Source: Candidatus Infernicultor aquiphilus
Lineage (GTDB): Bacteria > Atribacterota > Phoenicimicrobiia > Phoenicimicrobiales > Phoenicimicrobiaceae
Length of the DNA: 38,668 bases
Assembly: GCA_001873345.1 (NCBI GenBank)
Contig: MNYY01000004.1
Coordinates: forward strand, 1-38,668
Reading direction: 5' to 3'
Shown piece after piece: positions 17,120 through 26,798 of this stretch (within the stretch, counting starts at the first letter, position 1; each line of letters opens with the position of its first letter). Made by a program: the position numbers and the translations under genes. The notes under the pieces were generated by a model. The model was given only the letters and a program-made list of their open reading frames with translations. It had not been told where the DNA came from and did not search any database.

Positions 17120-18163
17120 TTACAAACCCACAAAAGAGGTACGCTCTTGAGCGTTTAACTGTTCTGGAAATTCAGTAAGATCTATCTTACGATCAGAGGT
17201 TAGAAATGCACCAGCACTATTTGGTTTTAAGGTAATAACCGGAAAGTCACCGAATAATTCATTAGTTCGTATAAAGGAAAGAAGATATTTAGCGTTAGAA
17301 TTGTATTGGGATTTATGTTTTTTAATAGCGTTGTACTTTAGTTTAACTTCTTCATTATTCAAGTTATTATTCTGCCAAATAATCGTTTGTTTGAAAAGTT
17401 GAGGAGGCTCTAATAGTTTATCAGGAAAATATCCTTTTGGTTTAGGCCATTTTTTATAATGTATCAAATATGGGAAAAGGGTTGCCTGTATTTCCTCATC
17501 AAGATCCCAAAGCGCAATATTAGTAAAAAGATAAAGTGCCCTATGATCAGGGTGATGGTCGCTGGGATGAGAAAGAAATATCTTGGTAGGTTTAAATTCA
17601 CGTAGTATAGTTTTTAAGTCTTGTAAGATTTCCTCACCCTTATATAGTGCCCCAGGACGAAATGCATTATCATAGGGTACAGCTTTTACTTCGGTAAGCA
17701 TACTGTCAACCGGTGGATTATCTCCCCAATGAGAATACCAGATATTTAATGTACGAAAATCAGGATAACCTAAGAAAGTTAACTGTTCTGATGAAATCCC
17801 TAACACCTTAGCAGCAGCTATTGCTTCATCGTGACGTATTAAACCCATGGTCTGCACTGCTTTTGGCATCACCACAGGACGTTTGCGATAAATCATAAAT
17901 GACCACTGGTTATTATCCCCATAAGTTAAAAAAACAATACGTACAGGCAGATTTAGCTTCACAGCCTTTTGAATAATTCCCCCGCATCCTAAAACTTCAT
18001 CATCCGGATGTGGAGCTAAAATAAGAATGCGATCTTGAGGAACAAGTATTACGTTTTGCCATGGTAATTCTTGAGCTATTTGTTTTGCTTGATTCATATA
18101 AATAAACCTATAAATAATTCCAATTATGATAATGCCTAAAATAATATTACGTATTATTTTCAT
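17120..18163 (-). CDS. PIG-L/LmbE-family deacetylase with N-terminal TM anchor (ends at an in-frame TAA)
   Basis: ILILAPHPDDEVLGCGG is the PIG-L motif, and there is a later HPDH-containing segment (HPSDHHPDHRA). The N-terminal hydrophobic helix is IILGIIIIGIIYRFI. Confidence 0.8.
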   Translation of the reverse strand: MKIIRNIILGIIIIGIIYRFIYMNQAKQIAQELPWQNVILVPQDRILILAPHPDDEVLGCGGIIQKAVKLNLPVRIVFLTYGDNNQWSFMIYRKRPVVMPKAVQTMGLIRHDEAIAAAKVLGISSEQLTFLGYPDFRTLNIWYSHWGDNPPVDSMLTEVKAVPYDNAFRPGALYKGEEILQDLKTILREFKPTKIFLSHPSDHHPDHRALYLFTNIALWDLDEEIQATLFPYLIHYKKWPKPKGYFPDKLLEPPQLFKQTIIWQNNNLNNEEVKLKYNAIKKHKSQYNSNAKYLLSFIRTNELFGDFPVITLKPNSAGAFLTSDRKIDLTEFPEQLNAQERTSFVGL

Positions 18164-18191
18164 TGCTTTCTTTCCAAATTAACTAAAATTA

Positions 18192-18845
18192 TTATTTTAA
18201 CAAATTTCCCAGAATGTAGTAAGGAATAAATTTACCCAAATAATATCGTAAATATGACAGTTTACTTCTAAATAATATATTAAAACCAAGTTTTATAAAG
18301 AATTCTTTTGCGGATTCCGAAATTACACCAAAATGAACTCCTGATACATTTTTTTCTTTTAAAAATTTTAAATAATATTCGATTAATTGTTTTCCGATAT
18401 TTTGCCTTCTAAAAGCTTTATCAATATTAATATGCAATGTGGCTGGATATTTTTTTGAAAAGTCTGGTCGAATAAATTCCCCTTTTAATAAGCTTAATAA
18501 TATATGTATTAAAAAATTCAGGGTATTTCTTTTAAAAATAATCCTTTTATTTAATGCTTTAATAATTAAAAGCGGAATAATTCGTATAAAGAATATTTTT
18601 TGCATTAATTTAACATCTGTTGTTCCGATAATGTACCCAATAATTTTATCATTTTTAACAGCAACAAAACAGGAATCTGGCTCATAATCTGTAAAATATA
18701 GAGTTAAAGCATCAGCCAATATTTCATCATCATCAAAAAAAACTTTTCTCGGTTCTTCTAGAAAAGCCGTATCACAACTTATTCTCCGAATATCTTCTCT
18801 ATCACAATTATTAAATTTTCTAATAAAAATATTATTATTTAGCAT
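18192..18845 (-). CDS. GNAT-family N-acetyltransferase with a hydrophobic insert
   Basis: KIIGYIIGT ... LHINIDKAFRRQNIGKQLIEYYLKFLKEKNVSGVHFGV.SESAKEFFIKLGFN contains the acetyl-CoA-binding R/Q-x-x-G-x-G/A-type motif. Confidence 0.7.
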   Translation of the reverse strand: MLNNNIFIRKFNNCDREDIRRISCDTAFLEEPRKVFFDDDEILADALTLYFTDYEPDSCFVAVKNDKIIGYIIGTTDVKLMQKIFFIRIIPLLIIKALNKRIIFKRNTLNFLIHILLSLLKGEFIRPDFSKKYPATLHINIDKAFRRQNIGKQLIEYYLKFLKEKNVSGVHFGVISESAKEFFIKLGFNILFRSKLSYLRYYLGKFIPYYILGNLLK

Positions 18846-18909
18846 ATATACGCTTAAAATTTAAATCTTTTAAAAAAATATCTCTTTAAGTTATGAAATA
18901 TAATGAATA

Positions 18910-18946
18910 TTTAAGGAGGTAACTTTTAAAAAATTACCTCCTTAAA
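18910..18946 (-). terminator. Stem-loop terminator downstream of rny
   Basis: A perfect 13-bp stem, TTTAAGGAGGTAA-cttttaaaaaa-TTACCTCCTTAAA, in an AT-rich context. Confidence 0.6.
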
Positions 18947-18963
18947 TATAAAGTGTACTTTAT

Positions 18964-20505
18964 TTATTTTGCATATTCTACTGAACGAGTTTCTCTAATA
19001 ACTATTACTTTAATTTGACCAGGATAATCAATATTTTTTTCTACTTTTTTGGAAATATCTCGTGACATTTTTTTTGCTACATAATCATCTATTTCTTCCG
19101 GATTAACAATTATCCTTATTTCTCTACCTGCCTGTATAGCAAATGCTTTTTCGACTCCTTCAAAAGAATTAGCAATTTCTTCTAATTTTTCAAGCCTTTT
19201 TATATAAGTTTCCAACATTTCACGTCGAGCTCCAGGTCGAGAAGCAGATATTGCATCAGCAGATTGGACTAATACAGCCTCAATAGTTTTAGGTTCAACA
19301 TCTCCATGGTGAGCGGCAATAGCATTGATTACTTCAAGGCTTTCTCCATTTTTTTTAGCTATTTCAGAACCAATTATAGCATGAGGACCTTCTATTTCAT
19401 GATCAAGCGCTTTTCCAATATCATGAAGTAAGCCAGCTCTTTTGGCTAATTGCGAGTTTACGCCTAACTCTGCGGCCATAATTTCAGAAAGATACGCAAC
19501 TTCTTTTGAATGTTGTAAAACATTTTGTCCATAACTGGTTCGATATTTTAACTTTCCTAACAGATTAGTTAGTTTTGGAGTAATATTTTTAATATTTGTA
19601 TCAAAGACTACTTGTTCGCCTTCTTCCTGGATTTTATTGTTAACAATTATTTTAGATTTTTCTATTATCTCTTCAATTCTTGCTGGTTGTATACGACCAT
19701 CAACAATCAATTTTTCTAAAGCTATACGAGCAATTTCCCTTCGTATAGGATCAAATCCAGAAATAATCACTGCATCTGGGGTATCATCTACAATTAAATC
19801 AACTCCAGTTAACATCTCAAAAGTTCTAATGTTTCTACCTTCTCTTCCAATGATTCTTCCTTTCATGTCTTCATTAGGCAAAGGTACAAAAGATGTGGTT
19901 GTCTCTATAGTATGATCAGCAGAATACCTTTGAATTGCTAATGATATTATATTCCTTGATTTTTTATCAGCTTCTATTTTTGCTTGATCTTCAATCTCTT
20001 TTATCATCTTACCGGTTTCATGAGTAAGTTCTTTTTCTAAATTTTTTAAAAGCTCATTTTTCGCTTCATCAATACTCATTTTTGAAATCTTTACTAATTC
20101 GTTTTTCTGTTCTTGGTATAAATTTTTAATTTTTTGTAGATTATTTTCTAATTCTTGTTCTTTATAATTTAGAGATCTTTCTTTTTTTTCGAGTGTTTCT
20201 ATTTTTTGAACTAAGTTATTGCTTTTTTTAATTAAATTATTTTCAAGTCCTTGCACTTCATTTCTTTTTTCTTTAATTTCAATATCAGTATCTCTCTTAA
20301 TTTTATAAGCTTCTTCTTTTGCTTGTAGTAATGCCTCTTTTTTAAGAGAATAGGCTTCTTTTTTAGCATTTTCTATAATATTCTTAGAGCTTATTTCAGC
20401 TGATGCTATTTTATTTTTAGCGATATATTTAGTAATGAAATAGCCTATTATTATACCAATAAAAATGTTTAGAATAAAAATATAGTAAACTCTAATATTA
20501 TTCAC
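18964..20505 (-). CDS. rny: Ribonuclease Y
   Basis: N-terminal TM helix, a long K/E coiled coil, a KH domain ([12 protein letters not shown]) and an HD domain (GLLHDIGK). The annotated GTG overlaps the SD, so the true start is uncertain (see findings). Confidence 0.92.
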   Translation of the reverse strand: MNNIRVYYIFILNIFIGIIIGYFITKYIAKNKIASAEISSKNIIENAKKEAYSLKKEALLQAKEEAYKIKRDTDIEIKEKRNEVQGLENNLIKKSNNLVQKIETLEKKERSLNYKEQELENNLQKIKNLYQEQKNELVKISKMSIDEAKNELLKNLEKELTHETGKMIKEIEDQAKIEADKKSRNIISLAIQRYSADHTIETTTSFVPLPNEDMKGRIIGREGRNIRTFEMLTGVDLIVDDTPDAVIISGFDPIRREIARIALEKLIVDGRIQPARIEEIIEKSKIIVNNKIQEEGEQVVFDTNIKNITPKLTNLLGKLKYRTSYGQNVLQHSKEVAYLSEIMAAELGVNSQLAKRAGLLHDIGKALDHEIEGPHAIIGSEIAKKNGESLEVINAIAAHHGDVEPKTIEAVLVQSADAISASRPGARREMLETYIKRLEKLEEIANSFEGVEKAFAIQAGREIRIIVNPEEIDDYVAKKMSRDISKKVEKNIDYPGQIKVIVIRETRSVEYAK

Positions 20506-20652
20506 CTCCTAATATTCAATTTACAAGGTACATAAGTTATGTATATTAATTTACATTTTAATTTCAATAGAGCTAAATATGTATTTTTAAATTTAGAAAC
20601 CGTAATATCTGAATAAGAGATTACAAAAAATTATAGTAAAATTACTTAAAAT

Positions 20653-20681
20653 ATTTTAACCTGTCCAGTATGAAAAGTCAA
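20653..20681 (-). promoter_or_regulatory. Sigma70-like promoter upstream of rny
   Basis: The minus strand reads TTGACT, a 17-nt spacer, then TAAAAT, about 150 nt upstream of the rny start. Confidence 0.5.
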
Positions 20682-20702
20682 ATAACCAAATATAAGTATT
20701 TA

Positions 20703-20755
20703 GTAGGGGTTCGATTCATCGAACCCGTTTCGGGTCGGATAAATCCGACCCCTAC
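20703..20755 (-). repeat. REP/MITE-like double hairpin element (inverted copy of 10737-10795)
   Basis: GTAGGGG-TTCGAT-tc-ATCGAA-CCC gtttc GGGTCGGAT-aa-ATCCGACCC-CTAC, with outer termini GTAGGGG/CCCCTAC. Confidence 0.85.
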
Positions 20756-20830
20756 ATTAAAAAAATGCTTTAGGCAAATGTGTAATAAGATTAAATTTCT
20801 GAAATTAGAAAAATAGGTAGTTATTACAGG

Positions 20831-21361
20831 TTACTTATCACTTGTTACTGTATTTTTATTGTTTAGCTCGTTGTAAATGTTTTTCGAAACTTCTCCTGAA
20901 AATCCCCTTCTTAATAAAAAATTATATATTTTTTTCGGGTCTATCTTAATATTTTTAATTTTAGATGATTCAATCTTTTTTTCTATAAGATTTCGGGCTA
21001 ATGTTATTTCATCTATTTCGTTATATGTTTTATCTATAACCTTTTGGATGATTTCCTTTTTAATCCCTTTTATTCTTAATTCCTGATTTAATCTATATTT
21101 TCCTATAGGTTTATTTTTTAATCGAAATTGAGTCCACATCTCGGCAAAGAACTCATCATTAATATAATTATTATTTTCTAACCAAAAAATAAGATTAGCA
21201 ATAATTTTTTCAGGATATCCCTTATTTTTTAATTTTCCGGATATTTCATATCTACTGTAGATTCTCCGGGATAAAAGCCTTAAAAGGTATTCTTTACCCC
21301 TTGTAGTTTTATCTTCGGAAATGATTTTTCCTATTTCTTGTTCAGATAATTCTTTACCCAC
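20831..21361 (-). CDS. recX: Recombination regulator RecX
   Basis: 176 aa of helical repeats (YLLRLLSRRIYSRYEISGKLKNKGYPEKII...), located directly downstream of recA. GTG start. Confidence 0.8.
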   Translation of the reverse strand: MGKELSEQEIGKIISEDKTTRGKEYLLRLLSRRIYSRYEISGKLKNKGYPEKIIANLIFWLENNNYINDEFFAEMWTQFRLKNKPIGKYRLNQELRIKGIKKEIIQKVIDKTYNEIDEITLARNLIEKKIESSKIKNIKIDPKKIYNFLLRRGFSGEVSKNIYNELNNKNTVTSDK

Positions 21362-21477
21362 GTAAACATCTAATAATTTAATTATCTTTTCATTTATTTT
21401 GTATCTGGTTTTATTATCTATATAAATAACTACTTGACTAATGTCTTTTTGATCATATTTTATGGAAGTAATTTTAT

Positions 21478-22521
21478 TTATTTTTCAGAATCCTCTTTAG
21501 TAATTTTTTTATTAAGTCCAACTGTGGTTAATATTTTATCTTCTATTTCTTTAGCAATTTCCGGGTGTTCTTCTAGATATATTTTACAATTTTCACGTCC
21601 TTGGCCGAATTTTATATTGTTATAAGAAATCCAAACCCCTGATTTTTGTAATATATCGTATTTACTACCTAGATCTATAATATCTCCTTCTTTGGATATC
21701 CCTTTACCAAAGATTATATCGAAAATCGTTTCTTTGAAGGGGGGGGCTAATTTATTTTTTACCACTTTTACCTTGACGGATATTCCAATGTTATTTTCAT
21801 CTTTTTTTATTGATGCCTTTCTTCTGATATCCATTCTAACGCTAGAATAAAATTTAAGCGCTCTACCACCAGGAGTAGTTTCGGGATTACCAAAAAAGAT
21901 GCCAATCTTTTCTCTAATTTGATTTACAAATACAGTAGTGGTTCTTGATTTACTAATAATAGCAGTAAGTTTTCTAAGGGCTTGAGACATTAATCTTGCT
22001 TGCAATCCCATAAAAGAATCTCCCATATCGCCTTCTATCTCTGCTTTAGGTACTAAGGCAGCAACTGAATCTATTACAACGACATCAACCGCATTACTTC
22101 TAACTAAAGATTCCACTATTTCTAAGGCTTGTTCGCCCGTGTCCGGTTGGGAGATAACTAATTCATCTATATTAACGCCAATATTTTTAGCGTAATTTGG
22201 ATCTAAAGCATGTTCCGCATCAATAAAAGCAGCAATACCATTATTCTTTTGAGCTTCAGCTATAATATGTAAAGCAAGTGTAGTCTTTCCAGAGGCTTCA
22301 GGGCCAAATATTTCTATTACTCTACCTCGCGGGACTCCGCCTATTCCAAGAGCGATATCTAAGCTCAATGAACCAGTTGAAATAATGTCACTTCCAGAAA
22401 CCTTGGGGCGATCTCCTAATTTCATTATGGAACCTTTCCCGAATCTTTGTTCAATATTTTGCATAGCTGTACTTAATGCTTTTTCTCTTTCTGGGTTATT
22501 TTGTTCTATCTTGTCAGTCAT
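21478..22521 (-). CDS. recA: Recombinase RecA
   Basis: [25 protein letters not shown], Walker [22 protein letters not shown] and the L2 loop [16 protein letters not shown]. Confidence 0.97.
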   Translation of the reverse strand: MTDKIEQNNPEREKALSTAMQNIEQRFGKGSIMKLGDRPKVSGSDIISTGSLSLDIALGIGGVPRGRVIEIFGPEASGKTTLALHIIAEAQKNNGIAAFIDAEHALDPNYAKNIGVNIDELVISQPDTGEQALEIVESLVRSNAVDVVVIDSVAALVPKAEIEGDMGDSFMGLQARLMSQALRKLTAIISKSRTTTVFVNQIREKIGIFFGNPETTPGGRALKFYSSVRMDIRRKASIKKDENNIGISVKVKVVKNKLAPPFKETIFDIIFGKGISKEGDIIDLGSKYDILQKSGVWISYNNIKFGQGRENCKIYLEEHPEIAKEIEDKILTTVGLNKKITKEDSEK

Positions 22522-22583
22522 TTTTTGATTACTCCTTTATAATTTTTTATTTCAATAAATATTTCAGTAAAATTTATAATTTT

Positions 22584-23156
22584 CTATTGTTTTAATAAAG
22601 GGAATTTAGCCGTTATATTATATATGGGTCCATTTGGAGTTAATTTGCTTTCCATGATTTCGATACTATTAACTTTTTGGGATAAGGTTTTTATATTAAT
22701 GCTTTTTAAAAGAGGGATAAAATTGTTTTTATCTTGAATAGACTTTACTCTTCCAATGGTTATATGATTGGAAAAATCTTTATTTTCTCGTGGAAAACCT
22801 TTTTTAAATAAGTTTACTTCTATATAATTATATAACTCTTTTAATTCGTTCATACCTTCTCTAATTCCTACCCAAATTATTCGGGGCATTTTGTAATTTG
22901 GAAATACTCCAATATCTGAAGATAATTGTATTAAAAAGGGATTATATTGATTGGTTATTTCTTTTAGTCCTGCTTTTATTAGTTCTATTTGTTTTAGTGA
23001 TATGAATCCTAAAAATTTTATAGTAAGGTGCAAATTATTTTTTTCGACCCATTTTATTTTGGATTCAGGTACATTTAGGTTATTCTGAAGAGAAGTTAAA
23101 TATTTTTTTATCTCTGGATCTAAATTAATCGCAATAAAGATTCTTATTTTTTCCAA
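22584..23156 (-). CDS. thpR: RNA 2',3'-cyclic phosphodiesterase (2H phosphoesterase, LigT/ThpR)
   Basis: Two HxT motifs (HLTIKFLG and HITIGR), ~190 aa. TTG start after GAGGGAG. Confidence 0.8.
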   Translation of the reverse strand: MEKIRIFIAINLDPEIKKYLTSLQNNLNVPESKIKWVEKNNLHLTIKFLGFISLKQIELIKAGLKEITNQYNPFLIQLSSDIGVFPNYKMPRIIWVGIREGMNELKELYNYIEVNLFKKGFPRENKDFSNHITIGRVKSIQDKNNFIPLLKSINIKTLSQKVNSIEIMESKLTPNGPIYNITAKFPLLKQ

Positions 23157-23182
23157 GTTTGTTTAATTAACTCCCTCTTCTG

Positions 23183-23758
23183 CTAATTAAGAATATTAGG
23201 TTTATTTAAATACTCTCTTAATTGTAATTTATATTTTTGTCGAACTTGGTTTAAAAAATTTATATATTCATCGGTTTTATAATTAGGATAGGTATATTCA
23301 CAAGGTACAAATGATTTATTTATAAATCTAAGAGTTATTTCAGCATATATTCCATGGCTAAGGTAAATTCTGGTTGGTCCATTTTTAGTGCTTGCTAAAA
23401 TAAATTTATTTAGAGTAACATATCCTGGATCAAGGTTTATTTTTCTTTTAGGAAAGGTCATATTTTGCTTAGTATTTTCATTCATACAATTATTTTCTAA
23501 GTTATTAGTTATTCTTTTAATTTCTGGGAGCCTATTCTGCTTAATTGGGGTGAAAAAAGAAAATAACTTTTGTATTAAGTTTTTGCCAAATTCTTTTTCA
23601 TAATAATTAGTAAAAATGAAAGGTTGAACCTTGCTTTCGATATCAACTTTGCCAAACCTTTTTATCAATATCTCTTTATATAAATTAAATAAACCTATAT
23701 CTGAAGTAATTGTACTTATAATAAGTTTAGCTGGTTTTGGAAAAATTATCTTCCCCAC
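23183..23758 (-). CDS. DUF4416-family protein
   Basis: FTNYYEKEFG, RKINLDPGYV, ILASTKN...RIYL..GIYAEITL and YTYPNYK match the pattern I recall for DUF4416. Confidence 0.6.
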   Translation of the reverse strand: MGKIIFPKPAKLIISTITSDIGLFNLYKEILIKRFGKVDIESKVQPFIFTNYYEKEFGKNLIQKLFSFFTPIKQNRLPEIKRITNNLENNCMNENTKQNMTFPKRKINLDPGYVTLNKFILASTKNGPTRIYLSHGIYAEITLRFINKSFVPCEYTYPNYKTDEYINFLNQVRQKYKLQLREYLNKPNILN

Positions 23759-23808
23759 AATTACAATATATTCCTTACTGTTTTTATATTATTGATGCTT
23801 AAAAGATA

Positions 23809-24609
23809 TTAAACATTTTGGGTAGGATTAAAATTATATTTTAAAATGTAATTATTAATAACCCCTTTATTAATTTCAATTATCTTATCATTATAATATG
23901 CTTCGATTTTAGTCGGATATTCAGTTATAATTTCTAAAGCTTGGTCAGTTTTCCAGGAAAAAACTTCTCCTGTAAATAATATTCCTTCAAATATTATTTT
24001 GCCTCCAGAAAGAATTTTTATCCAAGATTTATCATTGGCTATTAATTTTAAAAAAGGTAATGTATCATTTGAAATATCCTTTTCTTTCGGATATTCTGCA
24101 ATAATAGCTTCTGTTTCTAAATTGATATTTTTCTCGATATTTATATCGGTTTCTTTTGCAATTTCAGGTGAAGGAATCGGAAAGTTCTGTGCTTCTTTAA
24201 GAGAATGACTTAAAAATAATAATCCTATACAGATTATAAGTATAAAGCTGATTAAATAAACATATTTAATAGGAAAGAAAAACTTTTTTTTCTCAAATAT
24301 AGATTTATCTCTTTTATGCTTTTTAGGTAAAATAATATTTTCCCCAGTTTCTTCCAAGTTACTTTTACTTTTTTCTAAATTCTTATAAGTTTGAATTATC
24401 TGGTTAATATTTTCTTCATCTACACCAAGATATTTACTATAATTCCTTAAATATCCTATAAGATAAGTTTTACCGGGAATTATATCTATATTGCCTTCTT
24501 CGATAGCTTGCAAGTACTTTTTACGTATCTTTAAATCTTTCTCTACCTCAATTAAAGAGACGCCTCTTGCTTCCCTTCTCTCTTTTAAAAAATTTCCAAT
24601 CTCTTTCAT
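23809..24609 (-). CDS. rodZ: RodZ-like cytoskeleton/shape protein (HTH, TM, then C-terminal DUF4115-like domain)
   Basis: GNFLKERREARGVSLIEVEKDLKIRKKYLQAIEEGNIDIIPGKTYLIGYLRNYSKYLGVD, a central TM helix (VYLISFILIICIGLLFL) and a beta-rich C-terminus. Confidence 0.75.
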   Translation of the reverse strand: MKEIGNFLKERREARGVSLIEVEKDLKIRKKYLQAIEEGNIDIIPGKTYLIGYLRNYSKYLGVDEENINQIIQTYKNLEKSKSNLEETGENIILPKKHKRDKSIFEKKKFFFPIKYVYLISFILIICIGLLFLSHSLKEAQNFPIPSPEIAKETDINIEKNINLETEAIIAEYPKEKDISNDTLPFLKLIANDKSWIKILSGGKIIFEGILFTGEVFSWKTDQALEIITEYPTKIEAYYNDKIIEINKGVINNYILKYNFNPTQNV

Positions 24610-24707
24610 TTATTTAAATTTTTCTCCTTTTTTGGAAATTATATTATTTTTTATATTATATACCCAAAACAATTCTTAGTCGAGTGGTCATAAAAGTTTT
24701 TTACTTA

Positions 24708-25652
24708 TTATCCTACTTCTTTTTCATAAGGAATTCCATCTGCTGCTGGAGGAATAGCTCGTCCAATAGCACTTACTAATACAAAAATTGCCAATAGATA
24801 GGGAACCATATTTATAAATTGAACCGGAACAGCAGTGACACTCTGTAATCTTATAGCTAAAGCTTCGCCAAAACCAAATAAAAGTGCAGCTCCTGCCGTG
24901 CCAAAAGGAGTCCATTTACCAAAAATCATAGCTGCTAAAGCAATAAAACCTCTACCTCCACTTATTTCTTTTACGAAGAAGTGAGCTTGTTCTAAGGATA
25001 AAAAAGAACCTGCCAATCCGGCAAGAGCCCCAGAGGTCATTACTGCAATGTATCTTATTTTAATAACATTAACTCCCATAGTATCAGCAGCTTGAGGATA
25101 TTCCCCTACCGATCTTAATCTTAATCCAAAAGGAGTTCTAAATATAATTAAATGGGATAGTATGAAAATTATGATGGTTAAATATACTAAGGGGGAATGA
25201 TGAGCAAATATAATGATAATACTTCTTAAAAAGCTTGAGCCTTCTCCTAGGTTTGGAATAGATAATCCCCATATAGGTAGGCTTATTTTAGCCATAATTT
25301 GTGTTTCGTTAAATAAAAGCCAAGAAAAAAATACAGTTATACCACTGGCAAATAAATTAATTGCCACACCACTTACTATTTGGTTGGCTTTAAAAGTAAT
25401 GCAGGTAATACCATGTATTAATCCTAAAAAAATACCAATTATAATAGCAGCTAAAATCCCTAACCAGGGATTTTGAATAAAATTAGTCACTGCAATTGAC
25501 GTAAAAGCTCCAGTTAACATTATACCTTCTAATCCAATATTAATAACTCCTGATCTTTCTGAAAATACCCCCCCTAAACCAGCTAAGGCTAAGGGTATAG
25601 CTATTCTGATAGAGGAAGCAATAAAATCTGCATTAAAAATACTGCCAAACAT
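24708..25652 (-). CDS. ABC transporter permease (BMP/nucleoside-type, YufQ/NupQ-like)
   Basis: 314-aa polytopic membrane protein. ERSGVINIGLEGIML is typical of BPD_transp_2 sugar/nucleoside permeases. Confidence 0.85.
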   Translation of the reverse strand: MFGSIFNADFIASSIRIAIPLALAGLGGVFSERSGVINIGLEGIMLTGAFTSIAVTNFIQNPWLGILAAIIIGIFLGLIHGITCITFKANQIVSGVAINLFASGITVFFSWLLFNETQIMAKISLPIWGLSIPNLGEGSSFLRSIIIIFAHHSPLVYLTIIIFILSHLIIFRTPFGLRLRSVGEYPQAADTMGVNVIKIRYIAVMTSGALAGLAGSFLSLEQAHFFVKEISGGRGFIALAAMIFGKWTPFGTAGAALLFGFGEALAIRLQSVTAVPVQFINMVPYLLAIFVLVSAIGRAIPPAADGIPYEKEVG

Positions 25653-26776
25653 TAGGTTAGTTTCCTCCTTTTTACAATTAATCTTTTTACTATTTCATCG
25701 CTAATTACTACAAATATTACTATTACTGCTTGTAATACCATAATAAGTTCTCGAGGTATTCTGCCTTCAGTAAAAATATTTACAATTGCTCCTCCGTAAT
25801 TTAAAATACCAAATAAAATAGCGGCCAGGACCACTCCCAAAGGGTGATTTTTGCCCAAAAGGGCAACCGCAATTCCGTTAAATCCTAATCCAGTGAAAAG
25901 TTCTTGTCTCCAGCGATATTTAAAACCCATTACTTCATTGGTTCCAACTAGTCCGGCAAAAGCTCCACTTATAACCATTGCTAATACAATATTTTTAGCT
26001 ACACTAATTCCTCCGTATTCAGCCGCTAAAGGGTTATAGCCAACTGCCCTTATTTCGTAGCCTAAATTTGTTTTCCATAAAATATAGTAAGCTAATATGG
26101 CTACCCCTATAGCAATAAAAAAGGAAACATTAACCTGATTATAAGAAGGAAAATCTATGTTGATTGATTTAAATAGATCATATAATCTTGGAAGACGAGC
26201 AGCTTGTGCAATCTCTTTAGTGTGAGGAATCATCTGTTTTACTCCTGCTGCTATCATCGTTTCAGTCTCTGGTGCTTTATACTTTAAAACAAGAAAAAAA
26301 GTTAATGAAGCAGCTATCCAATTCATCATAATAGTAACAATAACTTCATGCACCCCTTTTTTAGCCTTTAATATTCCAGGAACAGCTGCCCATAAAGCAC
26401 CACCAGCAGCTGCGGCGAGTATACATAATGGAATAAGTATAAAAGCAGGTAAACTAGTAAAAGTAAATCCAACCCAGGTGGATAAAAAAGCGCCTATATA
26501 CACTTGTCCTTCTCCACCTATATTAAATAGTCCACAGCGAAAAGCGAAGGCAACTGCTAATCCAGTAAATATTAAAGGAGTCGCTCTGAATAATACATTC
26601 CCCCAACCATCTCTATTGCTAATAGCATTGCTAAAAAGAATTTTATAGACATAAATTGGATCTTCTCCAATTATAACAATAACTATTGCACCTACTAAAA
26701 GAGCAAATATTACTGCAATCAAAGGAGTAATTTTTTCTAAAAAACTATAATAGTCTATTTTTTTAGCAGCTTTCAA
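25652..26776 (-). CDS. ABC transporter permease (BMP/nucleoside-type, YufP/NupP-like)
   Basis: 374-aa polytopic membrane protein with the motif RCGLFNIGGEGQ. It overlaps the downstream permease gene. Confidence 0.85.
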   Translation of the reverse strand: MKAAKKIDYYSFLEKITPLIAVIFALLVGAIVIVIIGEDPIYVYKILFSNAISNRDGWGNVLFRATPLIFTGLAVAFAFRCGLFNIGGEGQVYIGAFLSTWVGFTFTSLPAFILIPLCILAAAAGGALWAAVPGILKAKKGVHEVIVTIMMNWIAASLTFFLVLKYKAPETETMIAAGVKQMIPHTKEIAQAARLPRLYDLFKSINIDFPSYNQVNVSFFIAIGVAILAYYILWKTNLGYEIRAVGYNPLAAEYGGISVAKNIVLAMVISGAFAGLVGTNEVMGFKYRWRQELFTGLGFNGIAVALLGKNHPLGVVLAAILFGILNYGGAIVNIFTEGRIPRELIMVLQAVIVIFVVISDEIVKRLIVKRRKLT

Positions 26777-26798
26777 TATTTTCTTGCTCCCTAATGAT

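Noticed and set aside
17120-17122. TAA stop-codon reassignment as the explanation for the split PIG-L gene
   Set aside because: TAA terminates many clearly complete conserved genes in this window (for example ntpK, ntpA, recA and pnp) at their expected ends. A genome-wide recoding is therefore not tenable.
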